Made by a program: the position numbers and the translations under genes. From positions 310,001-374,000 of the forward strand of contig JBHGNT010000021.1 in assembly GCA_043228905.1 (NCBI GenBank): a stretch of 64,000 nt of DNA, given 5' to 3'. The notes under the pieces are model-generated. The model did not search any database, was not told the DNA's origin, and saw only the letters and a program-made list of their open reading frames with translations. The DNA comes from Azolla caroliniana. Its lineage: Eukaryota; Plantae; Polypodiophyta. Shown here piece by piece: positions 21,474 through 34,890 of the stretch. Numbering within the stretch: the first letter of the stretch is position 1; every line of letters starts with the position of its first letter.

Positions 21474-24400
21474 TCACAAAACTGAATACTTGCCAGGCCG
21501 ACCTCCACCAGGAAGTGATAAAGCTGCAGCTGTACACTCTTCTAGTAACCTTTTAATTTCTGTCTTGGCTTTCTTCACAGAATTCTCAGTAGAGCCTTCA
21601 ATGAAAAGATAAAGTTTCCTCTCTCCAGGGGCTGGAAGCTTTCCAGGGGGGAAATATTGTCCTCTAGTTGTAATAGCTGCTTCAGTCCATTCACTTATTG
21701 GCCCCAGGAAATCCTTATGAGTAACTTTCCATCGAGCATGCTGCGGGAAATCATTAATCTCTAGTTCTGCCTCATAGTGCTCTGGCATTGCATCCGCTTG
21801 AATCTTCGAAAGATTGTGCTGCAAGTTGATGACAGCTGCAAAAGCTGCAGCTTTCGCTGCGGCTTCATTGGCAACAGGAGGAACCGCACTAACAGCAAGG
21901 CCGGGAAACCCTAATCCTGGGATAGATGGAACAATACCTGTAAAAATCCAAATATACATTTTGTTGATCAAAAGCAGACGAGATCTAATTATTACATGCT
22001 TACTTCACACATGGCACAAATACCCACTTTGTTTACCACACACATTTGTTAACAATGTGAAGGAGAAATTGAACAAATATCTACCTTCAGAATCTGTCTT
22101 TACTAGTTACATATTGTTCACAAACACAAAGGAGAGAGAAATGGTGCAGATACCCACTTTTAGAAGAGGTACTTACTACTTGTATATCATTCAAATGTAA
22201 AGAGGAAAATGGAACAGATATACACTTCCGGAATACATATCTATCATATCCATATTAATCAGATGTAATGGAGGAAAGAAGAGAACGAACCTGTTGAGGT
22301 AGTCATAGCTGGTACATTCGGCAATCCCATGGATGCATTGGTCAGACCAAGCTGTGGAATCATCCCTCCTGAAACACCCTGAGTCATCGATAGCAATTGA
22401 TTACTCACACCAAATGGAGGCTGTTGCTGTTGCTGCTGTTGCTGCTGCCCTACAGCCTTTGCAACCATAGCAGCCGCAGCAGCTGCCGCTACTTGTGCAA
22501 GGTCACCTCCTGCTTTCCGGATTCCATCATCTTCAGATTCTGAATCCGATTTATCCTCCTCTTCCTCAAATCCATATTCCTTTGCTTGCGCTTTCTTGGC
22601 GGCTCTCATGGCTTCATCTTCTTCCTCATTGAACTTAAACCCACTTCCACCATACCCACTACCATGCGCCTGTTCTGTCCCCTGGTTCACTTTAGCCATG
22701 AACTCGTCTGCCAACTTCTTCAAATCTTCCGGAACAGCCTGCTCTGATAGCTGCAGTGCTTTGACTAGATCAGGAGCATATCGAGCTTCCTCTGGCGAAA
22801 TGAACGTAATAGCAACACCCTTCTTCCCTGCTCTTCCTGTCCGACCTACCCTATGAACATAATCCTCATAATGATTTGGCACATCAAAGTTGATGACAAG
22901 CTCAAGATCTTTAACATCAAGACCTCTCGCCGCAATGCTTGTTGCAACCAGCAGATTGCAAACATTGGTTTTAAAGTCACTAATGGTTGATTCCCTGTCT
23001 GTCTGCTCTTTCCCTCCGTGGAGGGATAAACAAGGATAACCATTCCTCATCAGATCTCTGAAAAGGTTGTCACATTTGTCTTGCGAATGGACAAAGACTA
23101 AAACCTTTCCTTTGCCATACCATTCTCCCAGAAGCTCCAGCAATCTCAAGAACCTTTCCCCATCAGGCCTTACCTCCACAGTTTGGGTAATGTCCTTGTT
23201 GACCACACTCCTTCCGCCCACTTGTATTTCCACTGGTCGAGTTAAAACCTTCCTTGCAAGAACCTCAACTTGCCGGGGAAAAGTTGCAGAAAACAATACA
23301 GTTTGTCTATCAGGCCTTGTGTTTTGAACTATTCTAGTGATTTGGGGCTCGAATCCCATATCAAACATACGATCTGCTTCATCCAAGACAAGGTAAGTCA
23401 CCCTCCTAAGATTGGTGATCTTCCCTGCACTAGTACACAAAATATCGATCATTCGGCCAGGTGTACATACCACAATTTCGGTTCCTCGTTTTAGATCACT
23501 TATCTGTTGGGCCACTCCAGAGCCCCCATAGACAGGAACAGCTGCTAAACCAAGAGCTTTGGAGAATTTCTTAATATCATTATAGATCTGTTGTACGAGC
23601 TCTCTCGTCGGGGCCATGATTAGACCTATAGGTCCATCACCTGAGACGAGAGGAGACTGGTCTTTTATATGCCGCAACATAGGCAAAACAAAAGCAAGGG
23701 TCTTTCCTGACCCTGTCTTTGCAATGCCAATGCAATCTCTACCGCTCATGATGATGGGAAGAGCCTGCGCCTGGATAGGCATGGGCTTTTCGAACCCCAT
23801 CTTCTTGATTATATCCAGAGTTTTCGTTGCTAAACCAGTCTGATTCCATGTCTTAACCGGCCTTGGCACGTCCTTACCTCTTATTCTCAATTCCAACTCC
23901 TTTCGGTATGTTGCAACTTCTTCAAGGGTCATCCTTGATATCTCTTTAACTTCAATATAGAAGTTCTTCCTGAATGGCATGTAGTCGATTTTCGAATGAT
24001 CTACTAGTGCCAGCTTCTCAACCTTGGTCTTCTTTACTCGTTTCATGAACTCATCATCATCTTCATCTTCATCATCTTCCTTTTCATTGTTTACTTCCTC
24101 ATAATCACTATCATCTCCTGGAAGAATGCGTCCCGTGGCATTTCTAGAAACAATCTTGGATGAAGTGACACCATTAGAAACTGGTACAGAAATCTTCATT
24201 TTCACAGATTCCACAATAGTTACAGTAGTTCCGTCTCTGAGAGCATCCTTGGCATCCAATTTCTCAACCTCAGGCAAAACCATTGAATTCATAAAAGCAT
24301 CAAGGGTATCCACATCGTCTTCATCTGCTCCCATATTCATAGCTATATCCCCATTCCCATCTATTTTGACGTCATTTAGATCTCCATTAGACTCTTCATG

Positions 24401-25822
24401 CTCATCAGCCATGGATATATCACCATTATCATCGTTCTCCAGATTAGATGCACTCTTCTTCAAACCATCAACGTCTTCTTCATCTGACTCTTCTCCTTCA
24501 AGAGTCCATGTTTTACCACTGTTTGGCTGGTTATCGCCTCTATTTTTCATTTCTTCTTCTTCTTTTTTTCTGCGGAGCTCTTGCCATTCCTGAACCCTTC
24601 TCCTCCTTTTCTCAGCTTCTTCATCAAGTTTCCTTTGCTCTTCTTCAAGATCTTCTTCTTGAGGGGGTGCTTCTTTCTTAACCTTAGTTTCAGTTTCTTC
24701 TTCTTTCCTCCGCCTCCTCCTCCCTCTATCTTTCTCTTCATCCTCTTCTCTATTCTTCTCTGCTTCTGGCTCTCTTTCCCTGTGCTTCTTTCGCTCACTT
24801 TTGCTACTCTCTCTCTCTTGATCCTCATCTCTTCTTCGTCGTTTTCGATCATCATCAATATCTCGATCTCTTCGCTTTCGATCATCGTCACCATCTCTGT
24901 CCCTTCGTTTTCTATCCTCCTCGCCATCTTTATCTCTTAGTTTCTTCTCATCATCGTCTCTGTCTTTTAGTTTCTTCTCATCATTGTCTCTATCTCTGTG
25001 TTTCCTCTCATCAGCATCCCTTTCTCTGTGTTTCCTCTCTTCAGCATCCCTTTCTCGGTGTTTCCTCTCATCAGCATCCTTTTCTCTGTGCTTCTTATCA
25101 TCTTCAGCATCCCTTTCTCTGTGCTTCTTATCATCTTCAATATCCCTTTCTCTGGGTTTCCTCTCATCCTCCACATCTCTATCTCTGTGTTTCTTATCAT
25201 CATCATCCCTATCTTTGCGCTTCTTATCGTCTTCCACATCCCTATCTCTGCGCTTTTTGTCATTGTCATCCTTCTCCCTGTGTTTCCTACCGTTTTCATC
25301 TCTGTCTCTGTGTTTCTTATCATCTTCGCCCCTTTCTCTGCGTTTCCTATCGTCTTCATCCCTGTCTCTGTGTTTCCTATCATCCTCTACATCTCTGTCT
25401 TTGTGTTTCTTCTGATCCTCAACATCTCGATCTTTGTGTTTCTTATCCTCTTCATCTCTTTCTCTGTTTCCATCCCGTTTTTCTTTCTCTCTTCTGTCCC
25501 GTTTCTCTCGCTCTCTCTCTTTTGCATCCAGTCCCTCCTTACCTCTCTCTTTCACATCCAATCTCTCCTTACCTCGATCTTTCACATCCTCTCTATCCTT
25601 ACCTCGATCTCTGCTACTCCGGTCTTTCTTTTCCTTCTCTGCTCCTATCACAGCGTCGGCATCAGAGTCGTTTTCTCTGTCTCTTTCTTGCTGCTTTCTC
25701 CTGCTTTCCTTCTCCTTCTCCTTGTCTCTGTCCTTGTGATCACGATCTCTTGTTTTCTCTCTGTCTCGATCGCGTGCTCCTCCTCTGCTGCTTCTCTCCT
25801 TATCTCTGTCGCGGTAAGCCAT
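21474..25822 (-). CDS. RH42: DEAD-box ATP-dependent RNA helicase 42 (PRP5/DDX46 orthologue), two exons
   Basis: Exons 25822-22291 and 21937-21474 (phase-1 GT-AG intron, ~1331 aa). Motifs AKTGSGKT, PTREL, TPGR, LDEADRM, SAT, ARGLD, HRVGRTGRAG; RD-rich N-terminus; C-terminal ELEINDFPQ..RWKVT..TTRG KH-like domain characteristic of PRP5. Confidence 0.95.
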
Positions 25823-26771
25823 AGCTTCACGCGCGCGCGCACGGATACACGCGGAGCTCTGCTCTGCTCTACTCTATCTACTCTTTTCTTCTTCAAGGAG
25901 GAGCAGCGAGACTTTGTTTGAGAGAAGGAACTCTGTCTCTCTGTCTCTCTCTCTCCCCCCAACTCTGGTAGTAGTAGTATTAGAGAAGAAGAAGAAGAAG
26001 CATACATATTGATGATACATATGTATATGTATGTATACGGTTGGGTTGTAGAGTCTAGACTGTAGTAGTATGTACATACATATGTCTATCTCTTAATGTA
26101 GTGGCTCAAGGAGGGGGGAGGGGTTGCAAGCTGGCTACCAAACAATAACTATTTGTTTCCATCCTCAACCAATTACTCGAGGTTAGCTGCCTCTATTAAT
26201 TAGTTAATTATATATGATTGCCCACGGTGCTCACGTAAATTTCAAATTTTGGAACCTCTCCTTAGCTAATTTTGATTAAAAATATTGTTGTTAATTTTCC
26301 CACATTTTCAATGAGATGTATTTTCGAAATATTGACAATGGTGTTGTGATGTGGCGGGTCCAAAGGTGGGACGTAAAGAAAAGAGGGAAGCTTAATAGTT
26401 AAAAAGAGATATTGATTCAGAGGGTTTTTTTGAGGTATTTTTCTTCTTCTCTCTTGGGTTTTAGGGTTTCTTGTGTGTTGTGTACGAGTGGGTATTGGGC
26501 CGGTTCTCCTCATCCTTCTTCCTACTTGGGTTGTGTTAGGGCTAGTGGAATACACTTCTTCTTCAACTCCATCTTGGGTTATTTGTTGGGGTCGTCTTGC
26601 ATGAAACAGATGCAAATATGGAGAAAGACGGATATTGTAAGCCTTATTTTGGAAAGGGGATGTCTTTGTAAACAAATTAGTCGGGTTTTGTTTCAATCTA
26701 AGAGTTTCTTGTATTAAGCATGGGTAATTAGTCTTAACCCTTGTTGCCCCCTGTGCGATGGTGTTGAGTGA

Positions 26772-26773
<2 letters not shown>

Positions 26774-26824
<51 letters not shown>
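26774..26824. repeat. (GA)n microsatellite
   Basis: About 25 consecutive GA units. Confidence 0.95.
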
Positions 26825-26827
<3 letters not shown>

Positions 26828-26829
26828 TG

Positions 26830-26945
26830 ATTCTCGATGCTGGCAAGAGGGTTTCCTCAACCAAGATTTCATCCAAGCATATGATTCCTCGAAGCAAAAG
26901 CATTTCTTGAATCAAAAGTTTCCTCGAACCAAGGCTTCCTCACAC
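26830..26945 (+). repeat. Degenerate ~15-bp tandem units (TTCCTCGAACCAAGG-like), shared with 48575-48710
   Basis: tttcctcaaccaaga / ttcctcgaagcaaaa / ttcttgaatcaaaag / ttcctcgaaccaagg. Confidence 0.6.
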
Positions 26946-27069
26946 CAATGTATCCTCATACTAGGGTTCGATGGAGTGTGAGAGATGAATGTCAAAATTG
27001 TACGGCTTGGATGACTCCTCCAAGATGACAAAGGACTTGATGGGTTGGGTCTGAGTCACCCGGAAACGT

Positions 27070-27823
27070 TGTCGCGGTATTTCCGCGTGGATGCGTAGAA
27101 ATAGGGCAGGACCACGGGGGTCTTGAACCGAGGAATCGAGAAAGGAAGAAGAGGCCCGCACGTCGCGTACACGCAAACACCGTGAACAAACAAAGAGGAG
27201 TACGAAGGAGGTGGTCGTAGGTTTCGGTCTCAATGCAGTGCGAGAGAATAGCAACACGAGAACGACATAGTAGAAAAACAACATAAAGCAACGGAATAGA
27301 TTATCAATAGTAGCTACGACGTGCGCGTGAAGCACAGGGAACACAACCGGTCAGAGCCGCGAACAGAGCTTCGAGCTCTAAAGAAAACACACAAAAAAGG
27401 GGGCCTCTGGCCTCTGGCCTGTAGCGCGCGGGCGCTTGACGCAAGTCGAGGGTTCCTTCTGGGGTTTGGTCGTAGAGGTTCGGAAGAGAACGAGAGAGCG
27501 AGATAGAGAGAGAGAGCTCCTCCTTCCTATTCGGCAACATCTTCTCCTCCTCAAAACCCTCTATCCGTCAAACAGTCTGACGCCGCCCCTTTTATAGCAC
27601 AAGGAGCGACAGTTACATTAGGTTTAATGACCTCTTGATGTGCTCTCGGTATCTCCCTTTTGTTCTCCCCCCCTTTGTTTTATTAAATCCTCTATTAATG
27701 CCTAGCTTCCTAGTAATCCACAAAACCTACAAACACCTAGTATTTACATAAATCCACTTGTGCACACCCACATTCCCATGCATTTGGCGACGTTTCCCCC
27801 TATGGCCTGGAATCTTCACGACA
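27070..27823 (-). repeat. 3' LTR of the gypsy element (~754 bp)
   Basis: tgtcgcg...cttcacgaca termini closely match the ends of the LTRs at 34123 and 39023; adjacent PPT. Confidence 0.85.
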
Positions 27824-30800
27824 TCCACCCCCACCAAAATGCACATCCTCCGGTATGTGCCAAGTAGCGAGTTTAGTGGAGGATTCTAGGGCCAGCCATT
27901 ACTCATCCTCTCGGTCCGAGTCATCGCTTTCGATTCCCATCATCGGGTCCGGTTCTGCTTCGTTCCGCCTTTTGAAGGCCTTTATCCGCTTCCTGGCTAC
28001 CAGTGTCGTCATTCGGGTCCCGTCGAGCTCTGCGAGATGGTATGTCGTGTTGTCGTTCGCACAAGTCACCATGTACGGCCCGAACCACCATTTTGCGAAC
28101 TTATGTGTAGACCGATGCTGGTTGTCAAGACTGTTGGCATAGACCAGCACCCAGTCGCCTTCCTCGATCTTCTTCGGCCGGAGTCGGTGCGTCCGGTCGA
28201 ACCTAGCCTTGTTTCTGCTCCGTGCCTCTTTTACCCTCGTTGTTGCCCGTTCCATGTCTTCCGGCCTTCGCTCGAGTTGTCGAATGCGTGCCGCCAACAA
28301 CTCTTCTCAGCTCATTTCATCAGCCCAATTGACCGCCATCCAGGAGGTAATTGTTCGTTCAACTGTCACAATGGGTTTCTGCCCGAACATGAGCTTCGTA
28401 GGCATGCACCCAGTCACCGAACTGTGAGTAGTCCTGTCCGCCCATAACGCGTAAGGGAGTAGTCTCGGCTAGTTGCCGACTTGTCCTTCGCATGCGTGCA
28501 CTATGGCTTTTATGATCGGTCCATGACCCTGCTCGACTTTCCCGTTTGCTTCTGGGTCGTACGCCGTTGTGAGGGACAACTTCACCCCTAGTCGGTCAAA
28601 CAGCTCCTTGGCCTCCTCCGCATCCAGCTCTCCTCGACCGACCACTATCTTTCCTATGCACCCGTACTGACAGACGACATCCTCAATTAGAAACTTGCAC
28701 ACGACCGTGGTGGTCTTGTTTGTCAATGCTCGACCCTCCACCTGGTTTGTCATATCTTCCCTTGCTAGCACCAGGTATCACATGTCCTACTCCCATCGAC
28801 ATTGTCACCAAGTCGACCATCCACTTGAAGTGTATGGCCGGCGAGTAAGTCGGGTGTAGCTCGTCGCGGTGTCGAACCACTGAGTGCATCTGGCAGCTCT
28901 CACATGTCGAAACGAAGTGGTGCACGCCTTTATACATTCTCGACCACTAGTACATATCCTTTAGCTTCTCGAACATGGCCCATGTACCTCAATGCCCGGA
29001 CTAACGGCTTTCGTGGAACTCCAATATCAACTTCGCTTGATCCTCGGTTCGCGTTACTACTCGGAGTGGCGTGTCGTTCCACTGCTTCGGATGCCTCCAG
29101 ATTTTCCCATTTCGTAGGAAGTACTTGTACGCCCTCTTTCGGAGTTGACTCGCTTCCTCTAGGCTTGTCCATGATGTATCCGCCATCATCGTTCTTAGGA
29201 GCCTTCCGATTAGAACCCACTCCTTGTCGTAGTTGTCCTCGTCGAACTCGTTCAGGGGTGGAGTGCTTTGCCTATTTACCTTGATTCGTGCTGATTTGAA
29301 GCAGTCCGCGCCGACTTCTTCGTCTTCCGACACCATGCCATCCTTGTCCTCGAACCTTGCTTTGGAAAGCATATCAGCCATGGCGTTGTCTTTTCTGGAA
29401 ATGTGCCATATTTCCGGGTTCAGAGACTTGATGTACGCAATCCATCTGAGCATGGCCAAGTCAGGAATTGCGCATATGGAAACCATACCGAGAATTGGTA
29501 GGCAATCTGTTTCTACAATCACTTATGTCCCAATTAAGTAGTCCTTGTCGAGCTTAACCGCCGAAACGATACCCCATAGTTCGTGCTTGACCTGGGCGTA
29601 TCCTCGTTGTTGCTCGGTCAACACTCGCGCCAAACCGGATGGTGAAATGCGTGCCGTTCTCATCTTCTAGATTTACGACCCATCCGATTCTGGTCAGGCT
29701 GGTGTGTACCGTGATGTAAATCGGAGTGTCCGGTTTGAATACAACGTTCCGTAAAGTTGGTGCAGTTGTAAGCATTTGTTTTAGTCTCCGGACCGCCTCT
29801 GTGTGCTCTTCGACCCATTCGAAATTCCTGCCTTTCTTCAACATGCCGTAGAGTAGCTCCACGACATGGGCGTAGTGCGGTATCCATATGTGGTAGAAGG
29901 CGCATGCTCCCAAGAAACGTCGGACCTCCGTGACGGATCCACACTACTCTTTCATTACCGAGATGGCCTCTACCTTTGCCGAGGACAACCTTCGACTGTA
30001 CGGCCCGCATAGGTGGCCGACCGCTAAGATCTCTGGTTGTCCGAAAGCCGACTTCTCCCCGGAGAAGGTAAATCCAACGCCCTCAAGCCTTTGTAGTATC
30101 TTCTCGCAGTCGGAGATGTGGTCTGTGACCAACCTTCAACATCTATTTGCTCCGGTAGACTCATCCTTTGTGTCCTCCGGACACCCCTTTATAGGAATGT
30201 CATCCAGGAATGGCATGGTGATGTCCAGGATGCAGTCCCTCAGTACTTTGTTCATTGCATTCACCATGTGTGCCACCTAGTTGGTCCCTCCTTGCGGTAG
30301 GGTACACATCCTAACTAAGTCGAGAGGGGTTCACATCGTCGCGATGTCCCTACTTTCGACGACTAGCTGGAATTGATCATACCCCGAGTATAGATCTCCG
30401 ACCGAGTATATGGACCTCCCGGTGAAGGCTTCTGCGAACTCATCGATTGATGGTTCAACTCCTGTATTGTGAATGGTCACCTTATTGACCAACTACAAGT
30501 CCTGAATGAAGCGTAACGTGCCATTCTTCTTTGTTACTGTAAACCACCGGTTGGAGTAAGGGGCACTCAATTGTTCGAGGATGTGCAGCTCCACTTTCTG
30601 CTTAAGAAGCTCCATCAACATTAGAATGTGAGCTCTCGGTACCTGAATTGGCTTGAGACTCCACGACACGTGCGGCACCGTAAAGATTACCATTGGTTCG
30701 ACAACGGTCGGGTCGACGCACCCGATCTCTCCCGGTGAGAATGTGAAGGCTTTCTCGTGCCTCTCGAGCATCCTCCTGAACTGGTCCTCTTCTGCCGGCA

Positions 30801-31105
30801 GTAGGAAGCCACCCCCACTAATCTTCAACTCTCGCAACGTCTTGTTGATGAACCGGTGGCCTATGCTGGCCAGATCTCGCAAGCTTGGGTCGGTAGCGAC
30901 CCTCTTTATTTGTTCCCAGCTACCCTCCGGCAAGGGAGTTGCGATTGGCTTCACCTTCCGGTCCACAGTATTGTACTTGGTGTCCACGTGGGCGGTCCGA
31001 TGCGCCCCGATTTCCCTTTTGAAGTCCGCAATGATTTCGTACATCTCGACCGAGTTAACCGGTATGACTTGGTCTTCACTTAGACCTCCTTCGATTACAC
31101 TCTTG
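27070..31105 (-). mobile_element. Ty3/gypsy element, 3' part (decayed RT-RNaseH-integrase, PPT, 3' LTR)
   Basis: RT: APYSNRWFTVTKKNGTLRFIQDL, PFLDDIPIKG; RNase H: ETDCLPILGM..RWIAYI; integrase: CESCQ, TAYDPEANGKVEQGH, KWWFGPY; PPT at 27824-27835; LTR 27070-27823. Confidence 0.92.
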
Positions 31106-31109
31106 ATTT

Positions 31110-33170
31110 CTCCAAGGGTGTTATCAAATGAAACCGCCAGGTTGATTGTTAAGGGATATCTGAAAAAGAGGGCATTGTTTTCTACGAGGTTTTCTCTCTA
31201 ATGATTAAGATGACCACACTACATGTCTTGTTTGTCCTCACAATCGCCATTCCAAACGGATGTTAAAACAACTTTGTTGCATGGGGATTTACACGAAGAG
31301 CTATACATTGTAAAAGAGCATCTAATATGCAAGTTGAAAAGGAGCTTATATTGCCTAAAACAAGCCCCTAGGCAATGATATAAGAAGTTTGATGCATTTA
31401 TGCTCAAACATGGGTTTAAAAGAAGTGATGTAGACCATTGTTTATAAAATTAAAAGGATGACGATGATCACCCAATTATTCTCGTATTGTATGTAGACGG
31501 CATGCTGCTGGCAAGGAAGAAAAAGAGCACTCTGAATGCTCTAAAATAATAGTTGAACTCTACATTCTCAATGAAAGACCTTGGGGAAGCTGAGCATATT
31601 CTTGGTATGCAAATAAAAAGGGATAGACAATATCATACTTTGCATTTATCCTAAGAAAAGTACATTGAAAAAATGTTGTACAAATTTTATGTGGTTCATG
31701 TCAGATGATGGACTAAAAGTCCTCCTCCACCCAAGTTGTATTCCTAGTGTGAACACACTATCTTAGTTAGGGCTTAGTTACCCTAACTATAAAAGTGAGT
31801 AAATGAATTTCATAAAAGTCTAGGGGGATTCGTAATACGATTGTTTTTCTTGAGCTCTAATTGTTTGTGCAACTGTCTTCATCTTCATCTTCTTGTGTAA
31901 TCTCATTGATTGAACAATGCACATTATTTACATTCTCACTTGTCATCTTGTTTGCCTGATCTGCATACAAGATCCTATTGCTATTTTGCAAGCAGCCGGC
32001 TCATCATCTCACACAATCAATTAAGCCATAACAATGTTCCACAGTTGATGTTGAGCCTATTAGAGTGCCATTGTAGCCACATGTTGCTTTCCAAGGATGA
32101 TTGTCCCGAAGATGATGATGCAACCAATTACATGAAGAATGTTCCACATGCATAAGCTTGTGGCTGGCTCACTTATGTATGCTATGATTGCCACTCGAAT
32201 GAGACATTGGTCATGTGGTTAGAGTTGTAAGTAGGTGTTCATGGATAATCCGGGTAGAACTCATTTGGAGACAATCAAATCTATCTTTAAATATTTGAAA
32301 GGCACCATGTTATTGAAAGGTTCCATTAGATGCCTATGTTATTGAAAGGTATGTTAGAGTTGAACAGATTTTGTGATTTAGACATGGCAGGTAATGTGGA
32401 TACATGCAAGTCCACGAGTGGCTATGTATACACCCTTGCATGTTTGGCTATTTCGTGGTGCTCTAGAATTTCAAGGATATAATTGCACTATCTACTACAG
32501 AGGCTAAGTATATTTCAACTATAGAGGCTTCCAAAGAAGCCATTTGTGTAGTGAGTTTGGGATGCTTGAAAAGGCACCTATTCTTGGTTGTGATAGCCAA
32601 AGTGCCATATGTTTGGCAAAGAATGCAATGCTTCATGCTTGCACAAAGCATTTTGATGTGAGATACCACTTTATTAGAGAAGTGCTAGAGGATGGCCTAA
32701 TCACTTTGATCAATGTCAATACTTCACAAAATCCAGTAGATGCTCTCACAAAGTGTTTAACCAAGGCACATCAACTATGTATAGAGATAGTAGGAGTTAC
32801 TTAGCTTAAAGGTGCCTCCTTGGTCTTATAAGTGGGAGGTTGTTGGAGGATAAACACCCCAAGGACTCTCCTTTTTCTATATCTTGAATGTTCCATGTGA
32901 CACATCTTTCTAGAGCTTTCGATACACATCTTTACTATATTTTTGGCCCCAATTTAGGGGTTATTGGCATTTACATTATCTTTATAACTTTTGGTCATTG
33001 GCCATATGTTAACATGCCCAAATGACCTAAAAGTTACTTATCAATAAGAATTGGTCCCAAATCTCTCATCATGAGATAGGGACTTTAGCAACTAGGGTTT
33101 CCTCTCCATTTTATGCACAATTCTCTCTATTTTCTCTCTCCTCACACAACAGCCCATTCCCTTAGTGTTG
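31110..33170 (+). mobile_element. Decayed Ty1/copia RT-RNase H, PPT and start of 3' LTR
   Basis: [68 protein letters not shown]; PPT aagtgggagg at ~32830, then tgttgg at 32841; right boundary approximate. Confidence 0.85.
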
Positions 33171-34122
33171 TGGATCTAACGAAGCCATCACATCATCTCT
33201 CTTTTAGACAGATGTGTTTCACATTTCTCATATTTTTCAAGGTATGCCCTGCAAGCATGTTCTACAATTGCACTTCCCATTTGCTAATACTTCTAAGGGT
33301 GGAGAGGTGATTTAGAAATGGAATAGAGAGATGCAACGTATCAACCATTGCAGTTTGAACCAGGGCAAAAGGCATGATTTGCACAAAGGCATTAAAAGTG
33401 CAGAAGACTTATCTTACAAGTGCCATCTTTCAGTAACAAAGGGAATTTCACATCATATCACCTATGACAGTATAGTGATATATTTTCTTTCTTAGTTTCA
33501 GGAGACTTTGATGATAATGCTTTCATGAATTGAGCTGTTATATGGCTCATCATAACATGGAAAATATCAATTCCCACTTTGGAGGTGAAGTAGAAGCAGT
33601 GCATGATTCATCTTTCGTCTACTTGATGTCAAAAGAACAAACGTTTGATGACATCTATACACCAGTGAAGCTGCATCACAGAACTCGTAAGCCCCCTACA
33701 AACTGGCAACCCTCCCAAGGGAGATGATCTCCTGCATGAAACATTATCCCAACCCGATGTTGACTGAAGTTCCATTATCTATCCTAGTTGATTGCAACAA
33801 TGATGAGTTGTTGTGAACACTACTAATGCTTGCATTTTTCTCTTGAAATTGTAGAGAAAAGCTGACATTAAAATTCTGTGACTTCAACTCAATGTACAAA
33901 TAATCCTTTGCATCTTCAACATAAAATGGGCAGTTGATTCTATTCAAAACGCTATTTCTTCAGAGCAGTATACATGTTCAGGTCTCATCATGGCTTCAAG
34001 TTTGTCAGCATCCTCTTTCATGCCAGCAGCTGCAAACATGTTAGCCATTAAGACATAACCTGCTGCCAAGTTATCATCTAGTTGCACAATTTGATTGAAA
34101 ACAGATTGTCCAAGCTTCACGT

Positions 34123-34890
34123 TGTCGCGTTGTTACGCGCGTGCGTGGAGAAAGGCGGGACCACGGGGGTCTTGGACTAGGGAGCGATGGAGCGTAGGAA
34201 GTCGCACTTCACCGTTTTCTGGGGCACCCTTGAAACGCACCGGAAGCAGCCGAAGAGTGAGAGGGAGTGAGAGAGCGTGCTTGACACCGACTCACGCACG
34301 CGCACACACACACACACACACACACGAACACACACGCCCTCTTGTACAGGAAATGCAGTGAAGGAGGGGAGCACCCGACACCAACAAGACGCCAATATAC
34401 ACAGACAGACGCAAACGTATATGTATATATATATAAGAAGAATACACTCCCGGCTTCGAGCCGGACCAGGATAGTTTACAACAGTCGTCTGCTATCAAGC
34501 CGCCGTCGGGGAGCTCTCGGGCTCGTCACGCCGAGTGGGGTCTTGCACAGGAGATAAGCTGCAGCCAACCCTAAACGAACACGAAGGGGAAGAAGAAGAA
34601 GCAGAAGAAACCTAACCTTAAACCTACCGGTATACCCACTAATCCAAAATGGGCAACCCTTTTACAAAGGGCGTTCCCTCCCTTTTATAGAACAAGGAGA
34701 GGGATGCGTTACAATGTGGGACAAATCCCGAATTTCATGGGATCGTCTGTCCCGACTTGACTACTCTTCGGCGCCATAAAGGCGCCCTCGATATTCACAC
34801 CAAATGTACATGGGTGCGTACACACGTTGCACCTTGCCGATGTAGACAATGTTTCTCAGTTTTCGCCTATGGCCGAAATTCTTCACGACA
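34123..34890 (-). repeat. 3' LTR
   Basis: Near-identical to 39023-39774; adjacent to the PPT ggtgggggcgga. Confidence 0.95.

Noticed and set aside
24126-25921. Long plus-strand ORFs rich in S/L/F
   Set aside because: Antisense shadows of the repetitive RH42 coding strand
26262-26915. 217-aa ORF upstream of RH42
   Set aside because: Runs through a (GA)n microsatellite and repeat-derived sequence; no domain
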